A stretch of DNA of 62,940 nt, filler included, from Hyphochytrium catenoides (Eukaryota; Protista; Hyphochytriomycota): the NCBI GenBank assembly GCA_900088475.1. It is 7 parts of 7 records of this genome, joined end to end, with 100 filler letters (N's around TTAATTAATTAA, not from the genome) between each part and the next. Parts side by side here need not be neighbours in the genome. Positions count along the whole stretch, not along the records: positions 58,963 to 60,136 come from FLMG01002072.1; positions 60,237 to 62,940 come from FLMG01001705.1; 5 more parts are not named here. One strand, 5' to 3'. Below are positions 58,963-62,940 of this stretch, piece after piece. The position numbers and the translations under genes are program-made. Numbering within the stretch: the stretch's first letter is position 1; every line of letters starts with the position of its first letter. The notes under the pieces are model-generated. The model was not told where the DNA came from. It saw only the letters and a list, made by a program, of their open reading frames with translations, and did not search any database.

Positions 58963-60099
58963 AGACATCTCAGAGCTTGGCTTCACCCACACTTTGTACT
59001 GATAGGGATCATGGGCACAGGTGGACACTTAGCGATGATGCTATTTGTAGGCACGGTAGAGTGAAAGGAGAAGGAACGACGAGATAGAAAGTAATGAAGC
59101 TGGAAGCAGATGTCGATAGAGCTATCAAACAGATTAAAGAGCCCCAGAAGTCGGCGAGTGGAGTGGGCCAGTGAAGCCGGCGGGCCGCCCATATGATGTC
59201 GGATCAGCAGCAAGAGTAAGTAAACTAAGTATAAAGGCATAGGGTTAAAGAGGAGTCATATGGAGTCATATGTATCAGTGCATGCAAGAGAGGATGGTAA
59301 GAGGAAGAGACCAGGTGCAGTACGAGATAGACAAAAGAATACAGAGGGAGAACAGAGAGACAGACAAGCAGAGAGTGAGTGAGACAGAAAAGAGACAGAG
59401 ATAGCGAGTAGAAGACAGAGAAGACAAAGAGAGCGGGAAAGAAAGGCGTGAGGGGACTGTCCAACCTTGGCGTACTGTGAGAGGTACTCTAAACAGGTGA
59501 TGCTAAGCTGGAATTTCTTGCTCTTGGTGAGCTTACCAAAGCAGGTCCCAAGATGAATTAGCTCGTCTCGACCAATGTTTGTTCCCTGTCGCATTAAACT
59601 CTCGCTGAAGGAGGGATCAATTAGAGAAGAGAGTCAGGGCATGCCATGTGATAGAGGACCATCAGACATTTTTGCCGAGAAGAGCGAAGGGGATGGAGAA
59701 CAAGGGAGAATGAAGAAGGAAGAAAGAGAGAGACAGAGAAAGAGAGAGGGAAAGGAGAGAGACAGAGAGAGACAGAGAGACAGAAAGAGAGAGAGACAGA
59801 GAAGCAGGTTGAAGAGGTTCGACACTGCAATGCCAAAACAAGTTATAAAGCTCGTCCCTGGACAGGCACCCCGACTCACCTGACGTAATAGACTCGATCA
59901 TTGTGGAGTCTGAAGGTGTACTTTTCATCTGGCCTATCAATCAAAAGCTTGATGTTTTTCCCAATGCTGCAGACAAAACGACAAGCTAGGCGGTTAGCCC
60001 ACTATATGGCGTTCCGCTCCTCACTTTGCTTTTCACAACTTACTACTTGGCTAGCTTCTCAAACACCGCTCTCGTCTCTTCTTCTGTAAGGGGCCGCAT
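58963..60099 (-). CDS. NIP7: 60S ribosome subunit biogenesis protein NIP7 (3'-truncated at contig end)
   Basis: Exons 60099-60044, 59966-59880, 59604-59466, 58998-58963 give [101 protein letters not shown]. Confidence 0.95.
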
Positions 60100-60480
60100 C
60101 GTCACTCTGCTCTTGCTTGTCTTTCCGGTTCGATGTNNNNNNNNNNNNNNNNNNNNNNNNNNNNNNNNNNNNNNNNNNNNTTAATTAATTAANNNNNNNN
60201 NNNNNNNNNNNNNNNNNNNNNNNNNNNNNNNNNNNNCTCTCTCTCTTTCTTTCTCTGCCCTTTCTCTCCTCCCCTGCCCACACTTTCTCTCTTATATCCT
60301 TTCTTTTCATATCTCTCTCGTCGCATAACCCCCTTCTGATCTCTCTCTCTCTCCATCTCTGTCTCACTCTGTCTCTCCCTCTGTCTCTGACCGCAGGAAG
60401 AGCCAGAGAGGGAAATGATCACACTCTGCCGCCAGCCGCCAGTCCGACGCCACCACACGCGCTGCCCTGCTGCTGAACCA

Positions 60481-60642
60481 AAACCCTAATCATAAACCAC
60501 ATGCCCTTGTTCATCTATGGCTGGCTAGCCCAGGATGTTCTGATCCTACGCCGTCCGTTATCTGCAGCAGGCAGGGCGGGTTTCTATTTTGGGACCCCCT
60601 AGCCAATCAGAAGGCTCGCCTAAGATTGAGGAGCCAATCAGA
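60481..60642 (+). promoter_or_regulatory. Telo-box-like AAACCCTAA plus two CCAAT boxes 31 bp apart
   Basis: aaaccctaa 60481-60489; agccaatcaga with CCAAT at 60603 and 60634. Confidence 0.5.
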
Positions 60643-61715
60643 TGTATCGAGGACGAAGGAGGTCATGAACCACCTTTTGCAGTGACGGATTCTCGATACT
60701 TAGCGTGCGGATTACCAGTAGTGACATACGTTAATTCGTGTTGGACAGTCTTGGAACTTGCTTTCGGGTGTGGCAACCATCAGCTGATTATTATAAGGGA
60801 CGAGAGAGAGGGTAACATCTAAACTCGGGTTACTAGCTCTTACTCTCGTTGGGTCCATATTATAAACATGCCTAACCTAGACAGGTACCAAACCAGCTCA
60901 ATATTATTGGAAGATTTTATCGGCAATCGACGCGAGGAAACATCATCAAGTGGCTGTCTTTTATATCTGAAGATGAGCTGTACCAGGGCCTGAAACCAGG
61001 TCCAGACACTCCTTTGCAAGAGATTCTGCTCTTGCAACAGCCTCGTTGTTAAGCTATTGACCGCTCGCGCTTTTGCATAGAGTGAACTTACCCTCAAAGT
61101 AGATATTCCTGGTGTTTTTGATCTCTGGTGGTAATGGCACATTGAGAAAACCTATCCGGCACACATGTTTGACGTCTATCTAGAAGCGCCCGAGGTTACG
61201 ACGACGTTCTTTGCCTCGCCAACATCTGCTTAGCCACTTCACTCTTGAAAGTCGTCGTAGGGAAGTAACCCCTTATTGTAAGCACGTACTAACAGTGCTC
61301 TGAAAGCTCTTTTTGTTATAGCCCTTATTGTGGACGATATCGCAGTCACGGGACGAAGTGCGATAGTCCCTTGCCTCCCTCCATGTTCTCACCTTCATTA
61401 GCATCTTCTGAAAATGTGCACACGACGCTCTTACTGGTTATCGTCATGTCAATGGTGGTCAAGAAGCCAAGAAAGCGTGGGTAGAGGAGGGAGTACCTTG
61501 TGATTCCCCTATGGCGTCCACGACACCACCCATTAGGTAATGCGTGGAGAACGGGGGAAGAAGAAGATAGATAGGGGCCCAGGTCTTTAGCATTCTGTCA
61601 CCTCTAACATGTGCCCGCAAGACGGAAAGTCAAGAAGAACTAACAGTAAGGAGACTGAAAGGCCTCTATAGATACACAGCGCCCATCATTTATACATCTT
61701 TCGTTAGAGAGCCCC

Positions 61716-62940
61716 TCAAAAGTCAAAGGTGTGCTCTTCGAAGTGAACCCAGTAGGAAGGGTGGCTCTTCTGCAACTGTTGGGATGTCGACCGCGCTGCA
61801 AAGACCATAGAGGAAGGACCACACACACTGACACCAATACACCTGCGCAAAATATCTGCCTTCTGGATAGTGTGCTCCTCTTCGACTCCCTCCATATATT
61901 GCGTCACCTCCGCAATGGCATCATTCTCCAAGGCTGGGCGGCGTCTGAAGACTTGAATGGCCTTACGATTCCCGAGCGCAATGTCAGACATGTCATTTAG
62001 ATGGTCGACCAGTTCCTGAAGAGCGAACAGCTCGCCGCTGCCGTTCTCCGAAGGTTGAGAAAGAAAGATCATAACCCTCGTTTGGGAGTGGAGAAGAACA
62101 TCTTCCTCCCTAAGGCGCTGAAGGACTTCGTAGACCAGTCTCATACTGCGACAGGACCATAAAAGGCGAACCTCCTGCTTGCGTGCTCCTGACTGTCGCT
62201 TTTTATGCGCTTCGCTAAGTATGCTCATCATTGGAGTGATCCCTACGCCACCCGCCACGAGCACTAGGAGGCCATAGGGGTCTCCATAAAGCGAAGTGGA
62301 GCCCATGGGACCCATGAGTCTTACCGCCGTTCCCGGCTTTATGGCGCCCTCAGCAATCTGCTGATGCAGTCTCCAAGTCCAGCTTCCCGGCCTTTCTGAG
62401 TGCTTGAAAATAAACCTCACGCAATCAGAAGATAGAGTGTCAGCAGAGCCTGTTCCCGCTTCTCTTGGTAAAGAGCCGGTCTCCAATGATGGTTCCGTAG
62501 CAGGATGAGAGGTATCCGCGGCCGTTGTAGCGGTCTTTGGTGTGTTGACAGCGGTATAGTCTTCTGAAGAAGGGATTGCACGAGAAGAAGGTCGAAGTAG
62601 CGGCTTGTTAGAGGCTGTCGATGAGAAGGAAGCCACAGATAGTGGATGCGAAATAGGAGAAATAGAAGGAACCGCAATGTTGACAAAGTCTCCACCATGT
62701 GGGCGGCGCCTGACAAGCTGGATCTCCTTAGGATCGACGTTTTTGACGACCAGCTCGCAGTGATTCCGGTCAATGATATTAGCCTCATGAACATGCGCAG
62801 AACTCCAGTACTGTCTAAGGTACACTAGACAGTCAATGGCCCATATGGCCGCGGGTACTGCCAGCATCACAAGAAATGGATACTCGGTAGTGACGTGCAG
62901 CACTGATAGCAGTAGAGCGGGGAACGCAAGCATGTGCGTG
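61716..62940 (-). CDS. Ferric reductase / NADPH-oxidase (FRE/NOX) family protein, C-terminal part (5' end outside window)
   Basis: Last His-bearing TM segment, FAD motif HPLSVAS, GPMG, NAD(P)H motif LVAGGVGITP, LLWSCR, VCGP, terminal EEHTFDF. Confidence 0.9.
   Translation of the reverse strand, partial: THMLAFPALLLSVLHVTTEYPFLVMLAVPAAIWAIDCLVYLRQYWSSAHVHEANIIDRNHCELVVKNVDPKEIQLVRRRPHGGDFVNIAVPSISPISHPLSVASFSSTASNKPLLRPSSRAIPSSEDYTAVNTPKTATTAADTSHPATEPSLETGSLPREAGTGSADTLSSDCVRFIFKHSERPGSWTWRLHQQIAEGAIKPGTAVRLMGPMGSTSLYGDPYGLLVLVAGGVGITPMMSILSEAHKKRQSGARKQEVRLLWSCRSMRLVYEVLQRLREEDVLLHSQTRVMIFLSQPSENGSGELFALQELVDHLNDMSDIALGNRKAIQVFRRRPALENDAIAEVTQYMEGVEEEHTIQKADILRRCIGVSVCGPSSMVFAARSTSQQLQKSHPSYWVHFEEHTFDF

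Overview
Eukaryotic (protist-type) nuclear DNA, very rich in (CT)n/(GA)n. The window is a pseudomolecule of 7 contigs joined by artificial N44-TTAATTAATTAA-N44 linkers, so adjacency across linkers is unproven. Most short ORFs in the track are microsatellite read-through. Four spliced genes were reconstructed by hand: an N-myristoylated TKL kinase (6 exons), 3-hydroxyisobutyrate dehydrogenase (one probable GC-AG intron), a 15-exon SET2/ASH1-class methyltransferase with two N-terminal TFIIS-N-like domains, and NIP7. Intronless coding regions: a 7TM GPCR-like protein, a ~1,740-aa ARM-repeat/TPR/ZZ protein, the 3' part of a ferric reductase/NOX gene, and two paralogous orphan proteins. Mobile DNA: a decayed Ty1/copia element, a 5'-truncated CRE-like non-LTR element and a possible gypsy relic. 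The best candidate for something new is a tandemly duplicated 6.5-8 kb cassette. Each copy carries one of the orphan genes (signal peptide, coiled coil, C-terminal TM, conserved RxLR-S-E tail after the TM), conserved non-coding blocks and a shared pseudogene. An oomycete/stramenopile origin is suggested by the kinase sequence but not verified. No rRNA, tRNA or CRISPR was found.
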